DNA of 64,000 nt, from assembly GCA_043228905.1 (NCBI GenBank), contig JBHGNT010000015.1:20088001-20152000 (forward strand). Direction: 5' to 3'. A program made the position numbers and the translations under genes. Below, piece after piece: positions 51,761 to 64,000 of this stretch. Position 1 is the stretch's first letter. Every line of letters begins with the position of its first letter. A model generated the notes under the pieces. That model had not been told where the DNA came from. It did not search any database and was given only the letters and a program-made list of their open reading frames with translations. The DNA comes from Azolla caroliniana (taxonomy: Eukaryota; Plantae; Polypodiophyta).

Positions 51761-54700
51761 ATGTACGGGCCCCATTTTGGAAACCCTAGTGTGGCATTTT
51801 CGTCAGATGGATTGAATCCTAATTCTCACCAAAAACAATTGTCTTTATCTGATGATAATCTTCCTGGAGATTTGAATGCAGTGGCTTCCAATGATCCAAA
51901 GCCACGACTCCGTTGGACACCAGAGCTTCATGAACATTTTGTCAGTGCAGTGACGCAACTTGGAGGCGCTGATAGTATGCTTTGGCTCTATAAACTTGTT
52001 TTTTGTGGTGTTATAAAGGATAATAAAGCTCATTATTTTTAGTTAAGCTCTTGATCAGTTGCTCCCATTTCCAATAGGTATGTTTGGATGTATGTATATG
52101 TGCATCCATATATACATATATCAATGGCCACATTGATAAATGTACATGCATGTACATAAATATGAATGTCAATATGTGTTCTTCTGCATATTGAGTCAGG
52201 CACTGAATAGGCGAAAATCGCATAATTTTTGGCGCTTTAATTAAACTTCCCTTTTTTTCATCATTTTGGTTCATTTAGGTTTGTACAGAAATGAACATCA
52301 TGGAATTTAGGATCTCTGAATCCTGATTAAGTAGGTTAACATCAATACCCTCTACGTGAAGTCTCTATCCATGTCTATTTGTATTGTTCAGAGTGTCTGA
52401 ATGGTTGATCAATGATGACTGATGGCTGTTAATATCTCCAGACCTATACATGAGAAGCTTAAATCTACGTAATTGCCTTGTATATGTTGCGAAAAATATA
52501 TAACATGGTCATGAGGAATGACTCTTGATGCCAAATTACAAATATCTTGTAATGTAAGGTAAAATCTTGTGTATGTTGTGAATATCTTGTATATGTAAGG
52601 TACAATCTTAATGCGTATTTTCTGATTTAGTAACTCATAATATATTTTCATATTTTTATACTTATTGCTTTTTCTTTTATTCTACCCACTTTGGAAACTT
52701 GGTTGTTTTGTATATGTCATTTAAACTCAGTACCTCTTCAGATTAGTGATTCAAGTTCTAGGTACTGCTTGCAAATTCTTTTTCCACATTTCAAAAGATG
52801 CAGCTACTATAGGAATTTGACCAAATCATTGGTTCCCTTCTAATTATTGTCCCCATGGGCATCTAGAGATTTAGTGGCAATCTCATGTAACCAAACTTTA
52901 GGGTGTAAATTCGCATGTAATATTTTCTGAAAAGAGTCCGTCATTGATCCCGTTGCTTGAAAGTGGTGTGATATAGTCCTGAGGCTGTGGATCCTGATTT
53001 TCCTGTGCTGTAAATTTGTAATTTCTGTACTCATCACATGGTCGTTTATACCAGAAATCTGCCCTGCTCTAACCTGATCATCATCACGCTTTTTTCATTT
53101 AGTAGGTAACTTTTGTATATTGCAGAAAAAATCCTACAAAGTCAGATGTGCATCATCAGAAGTAAGCAGACTAGAAAATGATGCACACAAATGGAGAGAG
53201 GGAAAGTGGAAGGTGCTATGTCGTGTAAAAGGCTGACTGTATTATAAGACTCGGCACTGGATGCATATGGGTGGGAGTGGCTCCATTATATGTCCTCTTA
53301 TGGGATAAGCATACAGCTGTGAAAACAAAAGAGAGAAGAATGAGAAAACGGACATTTCTGATAAGAAATGATCATGCAAATATTTCAGTGTGTTTATGGA
53401 ACACCATGAGCAAAAGGCAAATATATATGATCATTATACATTGAATGAGATTCAAAAACAAACTTTCCTTAAGAAAGAGATACAAAAGCTGCTCCTGTCC
53501 ACTTTGCAAATTCACATTGTAGGTTAGAATGTGATGTAAAACAGAACTTGCGTGAAGGGCTGAAACTTGCTGGAAAACTCGATGTTGAAGGGATTTTGAT
53601 GGAACCTTTTGTAATATATTGACTTTATACAATGCCTGATCCCAACTTAAATCAAAATTTGGTTAATTTACCACCCCAACTTGCAACTCAGTATCTCAAG
53701 TCATCACCAACTTGGTAAGTTGGTTGGTCTATTGAACCTAAGGGTCAAATGCACATCACCGTAGTGCCATTTTTGGTTGTTCGTCAATAACATCTATTAG
53801 GAAAGGGACATTTCATCTTGATGATCAAATTGATTTGGATAAGAGCTAGAAACGACTAATCTGTAGAGGTGGTTGTGGCACTTGCGTAAAGGGAATCCCA
53901 ACAACCCATGGTTAATTATGGTAAATTATGGTTTCAGAGAAATGGAGGTAACCCTGCAAAAAGTAGAATTCCTGACTTGTGAGAAAAATGCCCCTTTCAC
54001 TTTGGTGGAACAATAAGGAGCCTACATTCATGCCACTTCTCCATAGACATATAGCCATTCTTTCATGAACACACCATAGAAACATTTAGCTGGTGATGAA
54101 ATGCCATCAAGTTTTCTCCTTTGCATTTGAGCTAACTGGATAAAAAATCAAAATAATGAAAACTACTTTTCTTAATTGCTTTTGTTCATTTTGACCCTAA
54201 TGAATGTTTAATGAAGATGTTATATGAACTGGAGTATGTTGTTTCACTTTATGCGTCTTCTTTTTAATTAAGATTCATATGATGTTACTTAATTGCTTAT
54301 AGGGAGAGACCATGTTTATTAAAGATATAATATAACTCTCTGCAGAAGCAACACCTAAGTCATTGATGAAGGTCATGAATGTGAAAGGGCTTACTTTATA
54401 CCATCTTAAGAGCCATCTCCAGGTAAATATAAAGTCTGTTAATAAATGTATTAATTTAGGCAGTGCTGTATTATTGTAACTTATGGTTGTGCTTAACCAG
54501 AAATATAGGCTAGGGAAGCAGCCTACACGAGATACCAACGTGGTTGATGGATGTAAAGAGAGTAAGTTCAGCACTTCCCTTTCCATACTTCCTATTTCTA
54601 CCTAAAGAAACTGAAAGAAAATTAAAGGATCACCTCATTCTTTTACCAGATGAACATTCTGATGTTGATGATATGGCATCGAAGAATAAAAAAGAGTGCG

Positions 54701-55702
54701 TACTCCTGTATTCTACATATACGTGTGGTTTTCATGGATAATTATGTAATTTACTAAGGAAGATAGTGGTGAAAATTGTACCATTGCTAGGTCTATAGAT
54801 ATCACAGATGCTTTGAGGCAGCAAATGGAGGTTCAGAAAACGTTGCATGCAGAGCTTGAGGTAAATGTATGTTCTAGTTAAAATGATATGTTACTTTTTG
54901 CATCAATGTTAGAATCTCCTTTCAAAGGGCCATGCTATCTCTTCACTGCATATGTTGGGGAAATTTGTCAATGTTGTAAAAGCCATTTTAGTATGAAAAC
55001 GGTTGGTGTGCATGATCTCAAACCAAAATGATGGGAGTTTTATAATGAATGCAACAAGGAACCAATTTACATAATCATATGTTTTTTTAAGTTCACCCTA
55101 AAGCTATAAATTAGTAGTTGGTATACATATAAGTGTCTGACATGACATTTAAAGCCAATGTTTAACAATGTGCTTTAGCACAATATGCCTTGTTTTTTCA
55201 ACAAATAATTAATTGGATGGTATAGGTGCGGAGACTGCTTCAGATGCGCACGGAAACACAGGGACGATATTTACAGTCAGTTCTGGAGAAAGCAAAAGAG
55301 CTTCCTTCACAAACCTCCAAGGCAATGGTTACTACTGACAAGTTTGAGCACAATTCGTATCACAATGCTTTGTCAATGATTTCTCACCCTCGGGCAAATT
55401 CCGCAAGTGAAGACAAAGGAGCTTTGGCCTATGATTTGTGCTCCATATATCCGGAACCATATCAAGATCAGTCTTGTCCGAGCTTTTTGTGGGCTCAAGA
55501 TCTTTCTTGGGTTCGGAAAAAGTCGAAATTGGACAATGGTGAAAATCAAGACTTACCTATGGTACGGGATGGAGTGTTTGTGAATGAGTCACTTGGAATA
55601 AATGAAGAAGATGCTAGACACATTGTATGCACAAACTCGAAGGTTGAATTCGGTTGGGAACAATATAATTCCTATGAAAGCTTGCCAAATTCAATTTGGT
55701 GA
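51761..55702 (+). CDS. MYB-CC (PHR1-like/PHL, GARP) transcription factor
   Basis: Exons 51761-51974, 54346-54422, 54501-54561, 54650-54695, 54791-54860, 55226-55702. [47 protein letters not shown]; coiled coil [43 protein letters not shown]. Confidence 0.94.
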
Positions 55703-58700
55703 ATTGATTCTGTACAGCTTTATTTGTAGCCTCATCTCGTCTTGAAAAAAATGGGGGTAATCTATTGCAACCAAACCAAGATTTGAGGCATTGTAATATA
55801 TTGAAGAGCAGGAATTCAGCAATCGATAGTACTCCTGGATTGCTACACTTTTGTGTATTATATTATTCATCAATAAACATTCACTAGAATGTGTATAATT
55901 GAGAATAGAGAGACTCTGATTTAATTGGTCGATCTACACTTGATTTGATTGGAATCCAAATAAACGAATATATGACTTTCCGTGATCTAGCTCTCCAATG
56001 TTGTATTTAGGGTTCATGTCTATACATATGCAGACACTATTATGCTATTGTTGATCAAAGTCACTGAATTTATAGCACCAAAAAGAAAGAAAGAAAGATA
56101 TATCAGTGCATTCAAGAAGTCAAAATGGCCTACTGAGTTTGATCAAGAGATTACATATTTAAAAACTTTCTGGTCTTTGAGAACCACAAACCACAATAAA
56201 AATAACTAATTAGTAGAACTTCACACGAGGTACCAAAGAACCTCCTCAGCTAAGGACTTGACTTTTTTGAGTTTAGACAGATGGAAATTGTTGCTTTCAA
56301 GATGTCTCCAACATGGGCCAATACAAGATGTGGAGGTCTCAGAAACAAAACAAAAAAGATGGAGAGAAGAAGAAGAAAACATTTTCAATATGTTTCATAA
56401 TTATTCACAAGAAAAGCCTTGATGCAATAATAATGTTTTTTGTATCGTACATGACAATTTTATTATTTATATGATATTTTAAACTTAACTTACACATGAA
56501 ATGCTTTAAACATTCGATATGCATTTAAAGTGTTGTGGTTAAGGGGGAATTTCTCATGCCGATGTGTGTTAAGTGTAGTTTTTTTCATAATTTTGAAATT
56601 TGGAATTTATTTTGACAATTGCAAATTCCATCTATCTCTTACAATTGATAAGCGGGTCTTGTCTTTGTGACATGGAAGTCATGGAAGATAGAACCACATG
56701 TATTGCTAGAATGCTCGTGATAAATAACTCATCTTGGCATCTCAAAAGAAAAACGCGCTTTCGATTATACTCTTGAAGAATGGGTGTGTGTTTTTTGTGA
56801 GCATTTCCTAGGGATGCACTTTTTTAGGTTTAGGCTAGCATGATAGTTTTTTATGTACATAATAAAAGTTTAATAAAATGGAACCACATAATAAAGTAAT
56901 AGAACTATTGAAACAAAAATGGTCGGATTATCTCAGATAGATGCAAAAATATTATTTTTGAGAGATGAAAATTGGGCTTGAGTGAGGTGAAGAAGAGTGC
57001 TTAACGGGATACAAAGGGGTTTTTTAGTGCACATGGTATAGGAGCATGAAGCTTATATGACAAAACAAGCTATGAAACTAATCAATTTTAAGGATATTAT
57101 ATTTGTCATGAACTACAAACATGAGCAACTTTATGTCGTTATTCTAGATGACCCCCATTGTTACATAAAAAATGTAGCCCCTCTAATTTTCTCTCAAATC
57201 TATATCTCAAAATATAGTAGCTACTCAAACCTAGAAACATTTGCAACTCTTCAATATTTTTTGGTAGGGCCACTCAATAATTGCATGAACCTTAAGTAGA
57301 TCTATGTGGATACTTTTAGTCTACATATTATGGCAGATGCAAAATATGTATTACCCACCACTTTTGGAGAAGCTTGTGAAGTATATCCTAATCATGGTTC
57401 CAAGCTTACCCACAAAATGTCGGTGGCTTGATAACCACCATCTCCACACCTTCCTTGGAAAGATCAACATTATGTTGAAGGAACATGGTTGGATCTTGGG
57501 GTTTAGAATCTTGCCAATCACTTATGAGCGCTTGGCAGTTTATTGTGCGAGTTACAAATATTGTAAAGATTCATGCACTCATATGATTTCTTCAAATTGG
57601 GAGTACTAAGTATCCAAATTCAACTCTTGCATAGTTGATTCAAATTCATTCATAGTTTTATCTTTGTGACGCAAAGTGATCTAACACATTATTGCCTTTC
57701 ATTGTTTGCAAGGGAAACATGGTGAGAAAGGCCAGTCGATAAAATGGGGACAATGTGAGTGCTTTAAAACAATAGGTTGAGCAAATCAATAACATTAGAA
57801 CCATTAATTTTAAAAGAAATGAAACTCACTCATATCACAACATGTCTAAATACACAACAATGATGAATCGCAAGACTTAACACACAATATTAAGAGAATG
57901 AAACTCACAAAATCTACACTAAAATGCCATCTACAACAATTACCATACAACAACAAGAATTATGGCTGACATAGAGTTATTAGAAATAATAGATGGTAAC
58001 ATTGACTCTCAAGGGGCTAACACTCCACTTAGGGTGCAAACATGGGGTACCAATCTTGGTCTTTGGAACCCTATATAAAATGTCTTCACATCAAACATAA
58101 TTTGTTTTCTTTCAATGTCAGAGCACGAGCATGTGTTAGCTTTGGATCCCACTACATGACATGTTAACCAATGCCCAAACTCCTTAACTCAGAATGCACA
58201 TGCTTTTTTGTCAACATTCAAGTCAAGGCATTGGATAATATTATAGAACTTGCTTTAGTAAGAGTCATTGGAACCACACATAGAATTGGTTGGAACCCAT
58301 ACTATTGTTGGCCCTTGTTAGGAAGTTCTAATGCAATGAAGGTTATGACTTAAAATCTTCACTAATTGATCAAAAATATTGTAGAACACAAATTTTGTTT
58401 TCTTTAATTTCCCAGATGCCCCTAAAGTTTTCATAACGATGATCATGAATGGCTCATCTCAACTCGAAAAGTGAGAAAAGGAGGGATATCTAAATCACTC
58501 TAAGTAGCAAACACAAGAACTAAGACAAGCATATGAGGGGAGGGGCATGTTCACATAAATCTTCGAATTGAGTATTGGCTGCCCGAGAAAGAAGAAAACA
58601 CCGTGGAGTGCTTTCAAGTGTTCCCATGAGCATTCATGAGATTCATGACGTCTTTCTCATCGTGTTCACACCTCTTTGGAGTTTTTGTAAAGATGATGAA

Positions 58701-59077
58701 GAAGAAGAGAGAAGAGCTCTGGTAGCCACATTCACTTGGTCAATTCACCTTTGCCTTCACCTTCACCTTTTCCTTACATCTTCGCCTTACACCTTTTTTC
58801 TCCCCCCAAAAAATACTACATTCGTATTAATAAAACACCCTAATGCTATACATACAAGATGTACCATTCAATAATGAGCCCCTTTTTTCTAAAGTCTTAA
58901 CCGTCGGCTTAAATAAATACTTCGGTGTAGAGTAAAACCACTCCACTTGATCAGAAATCCATCTATAAAATATGCCTCTGTCCCAAGTGGCATGAAAATC
59001 CAATTGCTTGGAGCTCTGCTTGTTGCGCATTGCCTTTTATATTATCCAAAGAACCTTTGAGATTATGCACAATCAAC

Positions 59078-59460
59078 TTACACCTTCGCCTTCACCTTAC
59101 TTATACCTTCACCTTCTTCATGTTCATGTTAGCCTTACACCTTCACCATGAACTCCGCCTCCAACTTCACGTTCATGTTCACATGCACCTTCATCATGTT
59201 CGTGTTCGTCGTACACCTTCGCCACGATCTTCACCGTCATAACGTCGCGTTCATGTTCATGTTCATGTTCTTGTTAATGTTAATGTTCATATTCATGTTC
59301 ACGTTCTTGTTAATGTTAATGTTCATATTCATGTTCACGTTCATGTTCTTGTTAATGTTCATATTCATGTTCACTATCACCTTCATGTTCACGTTCATTG
59401 TCATCTTCATGTTCATATTCACGTTCACTGTCACCTTCATGTTCATGTTCACCTTCACAT
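59078..59460. repeat. Degenerate hexamer microsatellite (TTCATG/TTCACC/TTCACG)n
   Basis: Period-6 array with higher-order 36-42 bp duplications at 59260-59372. Confidence 0.9.
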
Positions 59461-59649
59461 TCGCCTGGTTCGGACGGGGGAGGGGAAAGCCATAGAAAGA
59501 AAGATATATTAACGTTTTCTAAGGCCAAAATAGGCGAAAATAGAGAAAGAGGCCATGGGTAAAAGGGGGGGGGGGGGGGGGGTAAGGGCTGGGAGGGGCA
59601 TTTGGGGAATAACAAGAAACTCAGGGTTTGTGTACAGTGTCTGTGTGTG

Positions 59650-59693
59650 TGGGAGAAGGAGAAGGAGAAGGAGAAGAAGGATAGGTTCACAAG

Positions 59694-59788
<95 letters not shown>

Positions 59789-59947
59789 GAGGTCTGTGTC
59801 ATCCATCCATCGTCTTCACGGAAGGAGAGAGAGAGAGAGCTCTCTCTCTCTCTCTCTCTCTCTCTATTTCTCATAGCCTCCTGCCCTGCCCTGCCCTGCC
59901 CTTCTCCACTCACTCACTCACTCACTGACTTGCCCTCCCTTTGATAT

Positions 59948-59992
<45 letters not shown>

Positions 59993-60130
59993 CGGTTTTC
60001 AAACCAAACCATGGCGAACACGCCCTTACCCTTCTTCTTCTTCTTCTTCTTCTTCTTCTTCTTCTTCTTCTTCTTTGCCCTTTCTCATCATCATCATCAT
60101 CATCATCATCATCTTCTCCTTCTTCGTCTC

Positions 60131-60179
<49 letters not shown>

Positions 60180-60370
60180 TTACCCCTTCTTTCCCTTTTC
60201 CCCTGCTCCTCCCTAACCCTAATCCTCCCTCTGTTCTGTTCTGTTCTGTTCTCCGTTCAACCTCCCTTCCCCAATCCTCGCATCTGCTCTCCCCATCGCC
60301 ATCGCCATCGCCATCGCCAAGAGGGAAAGGGAACCTCTTCTCCCTCTCCCTCTCCCTCTCTGTTCGTCTG
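59650..60370. repeat. Dense microsatellite cluster in NFRKB promoter/5'UTR
   Basis: (GA)n, (CA)n, (CT)n, (CTT)n, (CAT)n, (CCATCG)n and (CTGTT)n in succession. Confidence 0.9.
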
Positions 60371-60871
60371 TTCCTCTCCCCTCCCCTTCTCCTTCTCCTC
60401 GTTACTACTGGTAAGAAAACCATCTGCTCTTCTCTTGCTCTGCTCTGCACTCCTGGGTCTGTTCCCGTGTTCCTGTGCTGCCGCTTGTTCTGTTTCCGGT
60501 TCTGTTTTCTTCTTCTGTGTCTATGTCTGTTTCCTCCCTTTCCTTTCCTTTTTCTTCTTTCCTCTTTCTTTTTTATGCCTCTTGTCTCTGTTTTCTCTTC
60601 TTTCCTGCTACGCCTTTCAAACAACTGCAGATCCTTAATCTTCCTCTCACATTTGTATGCAGATTCTCAGTGTTCTGCTCTTCCTCATTATCTGTGTGTG
60701 TCAATTTCCTTCTCCATCCTGATAATTTTATATGCATGCTTTTCTCTCTGCTTTGGAGAAAGAAAACTCTCTCCACTTATTCGTTACGTTATGTTTTTGT
60801 GAATTAACACGTATATTTTTCTGCTCCAGGGATAATAGGGATTTACAGCACTACTTTTCTGGTGGAGTTCC

Positions 60872-63562
60872 ATGGGGATATTCCGAGGAGGTGTGAGAGT
60901 GACAAGAGCTCTGACTCCCTCTCCGTCTTCTAGTCCATCCAGTGATGAGGAAGAACCTCTCGTGAAGAAGCATCGGACCATAAGAAAAGATTCAGAAGAA
61001 ACACCACCAGAAGGTAAGAGGCCGACAATGCTATTTTCTCTTTTGGATGGGGACTTTAGAGAAGAAACGTTTCAAGTTGGAGAGAGTGTATGCAAATCTC
61101 TACCTGAAGAATTGTTTGAGATATCAGATATTGGTGATATTCTCTCTCTTGAAGCTTGGAATGATTGTTTATCTGAAGAAGAAAGGCAAGAGTTGTCTGC
61201 ATATCTTCCGCCCGATATGGATCAGGATTCTTTTATCAGGACTTTGAAAGAGCTTTTCGGGGGAAAGAGCTTCTATTTTAGCAGCCCATTGAACGACTTT
61301 TGGCAAAATCTCAAGGATGGTTTGTATGATCCTGGCGTTTCTACTGCAAATCAAACACTTTTGATTGTTCAGAGGAAAGAATTCTATCATGGTTTGAGGG
61401 GATATCACAATGGCATGGTGAACTCTCTTCTAGAGATGAGAAATCTGTGGTCGGAAAATCCCGAGGCTGGCCTCGAAGAGAGGCTCTATTCGTGGCGATC
61501 GAAATCTTTTTATTCTGCTCCTCCGCCATCCAGATTGAAGATTCTATTAAGTAGAAGAGCTTTGGCCAAGACCAGAAGACGCAATAAGGGAAGGAAGGCA
61601 AGATATGGAGATCCATCTTCGGACTTGACCCTTTTCGAACATGATAACATTGGTGGGGTTTTGTCACTGCAACATGGAGAAAAGAATCTCAATCCAGAAC
61701 CTGTAGATGAGGATCTAGTAGGTAATTACGAAGAGAACATATTCCTGAATGAAGAGAATACCATGGTTGATGATCAGAGTGCTTTCGTTTCTAAGCTTGA
61801 AGATGGTGGCGTAGAGATGTTCACGTCTAAGAATAAGAAGCGGCGAAGCATTATGAATTCAGGTGGGCTAGTAAAAGAAATCGGGGATGGGTTACAATCT
61901 AAGGTTAAATCCGTACCCCTTTCCAAGTTCAATAAGAAGTCTCAGAACAAGAGTGACCGAATAAATAAGGAAGATGGCCATGGAAATATGGAGGCGAATG
62001 TGTATACAAGTTTCCAGTCTACCCCTTCACAGGAGTATGACAGAGAGCCGGGTGTAAATGAACTAGAAAATAGCTCGCAACTGAAGAAGAGCAAGAGCAG
62101 GTCCTATTCTGAGATGGAAACGTTTTTATCAAGTCCTCTGGTAGGTTCTCTCTGTGATGAGCTGAGTTCTCGGGTCTCAAAGAAGAGCAGCTTCTCGCTG
62201 ATTCCTCCTTCCGTAGCTTCCTTTTCGTTCTCAGTTTTGCGTTTCATTTCAGCGGTGAGAAGCGCACTTTTGGCCACTTTAGAGGCTAACTCTGAGGAAT
62301 GCTCTCCTCTAGGTATCACATTTTCTGAGATTGTGGCAAGGGTTCTTGTTTCTCCGGGAGATCCCAATATACTAGGAGTCCAGATGCCTCTTGATTGTCT
62401 TGTGAGAGGTGTATTAAAGGTCTTATCTGTGAGTGGTGGAAAGTGCTCTTTGGAAGGAGTTGATCCGTTCGTGGTTTATGATAAGGTCACAAGGTGTTGG
62501 TCTTGGATCGGCCCTTTACCTGCTGGTTCTATTCACTATGTTGATACAGATGTGCAATCCTATCCTGAAATCTGGGGTATAGCTCCGACTACTTTGTATG
62601 AGATGCAAGACGTGTTCGCCAGATGGCTAAAGACATCAGAAGGAACTCTCCACCAAATCTGGCAGCTCTCTCTACTACCAATGCCGGAATACCCTGTCTT
62701 TCCAGAAGAGAAAGAGAGGTTTAAGGACTTGAGGGCACAAAAGAGTCTTGGTACGATTATCTCTAGTACACCTGAGATGAGGCTACTGTTCCATAAAGAG
62801 GAGGCAGTTCGATACTCAACTGCAGAGATAACATGCTGTTATACTACTGCAGATGGGCGCAAGTCTGCAGTGTCTCCCTTGAAGAGAATAGGTGGGAAAT
62901 CCAAAGCCAAAGCAAGAGATCATTTCATGTTAAAGCCTGACCGACCCTCTCACATAACTATACTTTGCCTGGTCAGAGATGCGGCTTCTCGGCTTCCTCA
63001 AGGCATCGGTACTCGGGCAGATGTTTGTACTCTACTTAGAGACTCTCAATTCATTGTTGAGGATGTTTCTGAGCTTCAACTTAGTCATGTTGTGAGTGGT
63101 GCACTTGATCGGTTGCACTATGAAAAAGACCCTTGTGTTCGCTATGATTCAGACAAGAAGCTATGGGTTTATCTCCACGCTGATCGGAACGAAGAGGACT
63201 TTGAAGAGGGTGGGACAGCATCCACTCGAAGCTCTAGGAGGAGTAAGAAAGAGGGTGCTGATGTGGCTTGTTCTCCTATTCAAGGGCAAGGTTATAATAA
63301 TGACGAAATGTCTGAACCTGAGCATGAATCAGGGGGCTCATATAATGGTTCGAATGCTGGTTCGGCTTCTCCAGAGCTCTTATATAGCCATCAGAATGGT
63401 GGTCCATCAATGATGAATGAAAATGGACAAGCAAGGGATGAAGGATTGCTTCCATTCATTGATCTTCCTCCTTCTATGCAGCCTTTTTGTGGGAATATGC
63501 AGAGCCATCCTATGGGCTGGGAAGTGTATAAAGCGGGAAAAGAACTTTCTATCAGTCAGTAG
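60872..63562 (+). CDS. NFRKB: NFRKB (nuclear factor related to kappa-B-binding protein; INO80 subunit) homolog
   Basis: 896-aa ORF. N-terminal DEUBAD-like ILSLEAWNDCLSEEERQELSAYLP..TLKELF..FYFSSPL; C-terminal RFKDLRAQKS, YTTADGRKS, KARDHFMLKPDRP..TILCLVRDAASRLP..GTRADVCTLLRDSQ, SGALDRLHYEKDPCV. Probable 5'UTR intron 60410-60828. Confidence 0.92.
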   Translation: MGIFRGGVRVTRALTPSPSSSPSSDEEEPLVKKHRTIRKDSEETPPEGKRPTMLFSLLDGDFREETFQVGESVCKSLPEELFEISDIGDILSLEAWNDCLSEEERQELSAYLPPDMDQDSFIRTLKELFGGKSFYFSSPLNDFWQNLKDGLYDPGVSTANQTLLIVQRKEFYHGLRGYHNGMVNSLLEMRNLWSENPEAGLEERLYSWRSKSFYSAPPPSRLKILLSRRALAKTRRRNKGRKARYGDPSSDLTLFEHDNIGGVLSLQHGEKNLNPEPVDEDLVGNYEENIFLNEENTMVDDQSAFVSKLEDGGVEMFTSKNKKRRSIMNSGGLVKEIGDGLQSKVKSVPLSKFNKKSQNKSDRINKEDGHGNMEANVYTSFQSTPSQEYDREPGVNELENSSQLKKSKSRSYSEMETFLSSPLVGSLCDELSSRVSKKSSFSLIPPSVASFSFSVLRFISAVRSALLATLEANSEECSPLGITFSEIVARVLVSPGDPNILGVQMPLDCLVRGVLKVLSVSGGKCSLEGVDPFVVYDKVTRCWSWIGPLPAGSIHYVDTDVQSYPEIWGIAPTTLYEMQDVFARWLKTSEGTLHQIWQLSLLPMPEYPVFPEEKERFKDLRAQKSLGTIISSTPEMRLLFHKEEAVRYSTAEITCCYTTADGRKSAVSPLKRIGGKSKAKARDHFMLKPDRPSHITILCLVRDAASRLPQGIGTRADVCTLLRDSQFIVEDVSELQLSHVVSGALDRLHYEKDPCVRYDSDKKLWVYLHADRNEEDFEEGGTASTRSSRRSKKEGADVACSPIQGQGYNNDEMSEPEHESGGSYNGSNAGSASPELLYSHQNGGPSMMNENGQARDEGLLPFIDLPPSMQPFCGNMQSHPMGWEVYKAGKELSISQ

Positions 63563-64000
63563 TTTTTTGTTTATTTGATTATTGAATATTTTCTCGTTTT
63601 TTGCTGGTCTAATGGAAAGTGTCTGGTGGACATGTTTTAAGCAGTCTATACCAGACATTTGATACTTCCCAATTTGTATATAGATTATTGAGGTCTGTTA
63701 CGACTACTACTGCCGAGTATATCCAACTGTTTAACCAAATTGATTCGCTCTATTGGAGTTCATGTTATTGTAGTAGGACATTCCTATTTACATGTTACTT
63801 TTACAAAGATTATAAAGTGGACCACTAGCTGAACTGATTGTTTGAAATCTAATATTCATGTTGTGTATCATATACACTATGCAATTCTGGCAGGGAGGTA
63901 CATACACATACATGTGTATATGGGCAAATGGATGGCAGAAATCAAGGAACCATTTCTGGTCATGGTATGCTATAAAAAAGAATGTGAATAAAAACAATGT

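Noticed and set aside
56900-57800. Possible decayed Gypsy integrase on the minus strand
   Set aside because: Motifs are too degenerate to support by eye; needs a tBLASTx or HMM search.
59148-59495. FMFM, NMNM and EHEH repeat proteins
   Set aside because: Artefacts of a period-6 repeat; the His/Glu frame has multiple stops and no credible start.
59946-60807. ORFs of 230, 263, 150 and 110 aa
   Set aside because: Translations of microsatellites and pyrimidine-rich UTR/intron sequence.
11128-63562. Six genes as a functional cluster
   Set aside because: Functions are unrelated (cell wall, ubiquitin, stress, plastid, transcription, chromatin); ordinary eukaryotic gene neighbourhood.

Overview
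AT-rich land-plant nuclear DNA, most likely a non-seed plant such as a fern (inferred from a Tcn1-type chromovirus, a Bryco/Lyco-like Copia, PLS-PPR style and TTTAGGG motifs). 1-8.2 kb is a three-layer transposon nest. A Ty3/Gypsy chromovirus 3' end has its chromodomain split by a poly-A retroposed insertion with a 17-bp TSD. Its 3' LTR is split by a complete GC-rich Ty1/Copia (1965-7951, TSD ATATC) whose pol frame runs about 245 codons past RNase H between two identical PPTs. Six apparently intact genes follow: GH3 exo-beta-glucanase (+, one GC-AG intron), DA2/GW2-type RING E3 ligase (-), USP-A protein (+), CRL/CpcT-like chromophore lyase (-), PHR1-like MYB-CC factor (+) and NFRKB/INO80 subunit (+). 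Between them lie a PPR pseudogene, a solo LTR, an RTE-LINE relic, decayed retroelements, MITE-like inverted repeats and several tandem arrays. The most unusual items are the Copia pol extension, a palindromic GGTTAA array at the DA2 promoter, and telomere-motif tandem units upstream of the GH3 gene. All calls are by eye with no database searches, and no wholly new multi-gene system is demonstrated.
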